In this document: in pieces, positions 34,454 to 34,893 of the stretch | How the letters are laid out: each line of letters opens with the position of its first letter | Position numbering within the stretch: the first letter of the stretch is position 1 | NCBI GenBank assembly: GCA_013151235.1 | Contig: JAADIO010000001.1 | Location: 1 to 34,893 of the forward strand | Reading direction: 5' to 3' | Source of the DNA: Deltaproteobacteria bacterium | GTDB taxonomy: Bacteria > CG2-30-53-67 | Length of the DNA: 34,893 bases | Made by a program: the position numbers and the translations under genes | Notes under the pieces: generated by a model | Database searches by the model: none | What the model saw: only the letters and a program-made list of their open reading frames with translations | What the model was told of the DNA's origin: nothing

Positions 34454-34743
34454 GATAAAAAACTCCCGTATTGTTTCTGTTCATTCCGGGTCGCCTTGCG
34501 GGCGGAAATGATTCTAATAATCATGTCATCTTGGCGATAACAATGGCATACAACAAGTAGCCTTAATCCGGAGCTTATTCCAAGGAGAATGAATCGCTCC
34601 TCATCAGTTGAATGCTCTGTGTCAAAAATCATTCTCGCATTTGGATCGGAAAAAACGGTTTTAGCCTCTTCAAAAGATATTTCATGTTTTTCAAGATTCT
34701 CCTTTGCCTTCTTTTTATCCCAAACAAACGATATTGAATTCAT
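34450..34743 (-). CDS. brnT: BrnT ribonuclease toxin
   Basis: FVWD..K...N..KH.ISFEEA, EERFILLG and IRIISARKAT motifs. Confidence 0.93.
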   Translation of the reverse strand: MNSISFVWDKKKAKENLEKHEISFEEAKTVFSDPNARMIFDTEHSTDEERFILLGISSGLRLLVVCHCYRQDDMIIRIISARKATRNEQKQYGSFLS

Positions 34744-34749
34744 ATTTCT

Positions 34750-34778
34750 ATTATAATTATATTATCATTATAAGTCAA
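34750..34778 (-). promoter_or_regulatory. consensus sigma-70 promoter of brnTA (leaderless)
   Basis: TTGACT-17 nt-TATAAT, ending 6 nt before the ATG; no SD sequence. Confidence 0.75.
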
Positions 34779-34802
34779 GGTTTGGAGGGAAAATAGGAGG
34801 GG

Positions 34803-34868
34803 AAATAGGGACAGCGACCATTATTTACCTTTTCGGGGTCTGCCCCTCCCCTTCGACATTAAGTCTCG
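34803..34868. repeat. 66-bp direct repeat, copy 2
   Basis: 62/66 identical to 34120-34185. Confidence 0.95.
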
Positions 34869-34893
34869 ACCAACGATCTTTCCTATCTTCCGA

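Noticed and set aside
34120-34868. Direct repeats read as a CRISPR array, integron attC sites or tRNA att sites
   Set aside because: Repeat length and the 617-bp insert do not fit CRISPR. No clear RYYYAAC...GTTRRRY attC ends were found. The repeats share no sequence with the tRNA and lie on its 5' side.

Overview
GC-rich bacterial chromosomal window; the gene content suggests an anaerobic Desulfobacterota- or Nitrospirota-like organism (inference only). The left half (1-16.2 kb) is mostly housekeeping and metabolic: mtnP (partial), a metal-dependent deaminase, a GlcD-like FAD oxidase, a phoH / 7TM-HD phosphodiesterase / ybeY / ftsY run, an acyltransferase-alpha/beta-hydrolase fusion, a SerA homologue whose catalytic His and Arg are replaced, a YbdK ligase plus M20 amidohydrolase pair, and a DsrE2-like protein. 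The centre (16.4-31.6 kb) is a heme-rich redox island. Divergent sigma-54 promoters with IHF sites drive (left) a pentaheme cytochrome operon and (right) an unusual ACIII/Qrc-like complex: ActA, Tat-exported molybdopterin-fold subunit, 4x[4Fe-4S] subunit, ActC and a four-domain tetraheme cytochrome. This operon converges on an ExtEFG-like porin / pentaheme / ~21-heme lipoprotein conduit. Next to the conduit is a HesB-like selenoprotein gene (in-frame TGA plus SECIS-like hairpin) missed by the ORF track, followed by ccdA. The right end has a lipoprotein, a UbiD-family menaquinone decarboxylase, tRNA-Thr(CGT), and an AT-rich BrnT/BrnA toxin-antitoxin cassette bracketed by 66-bp direct repeats.
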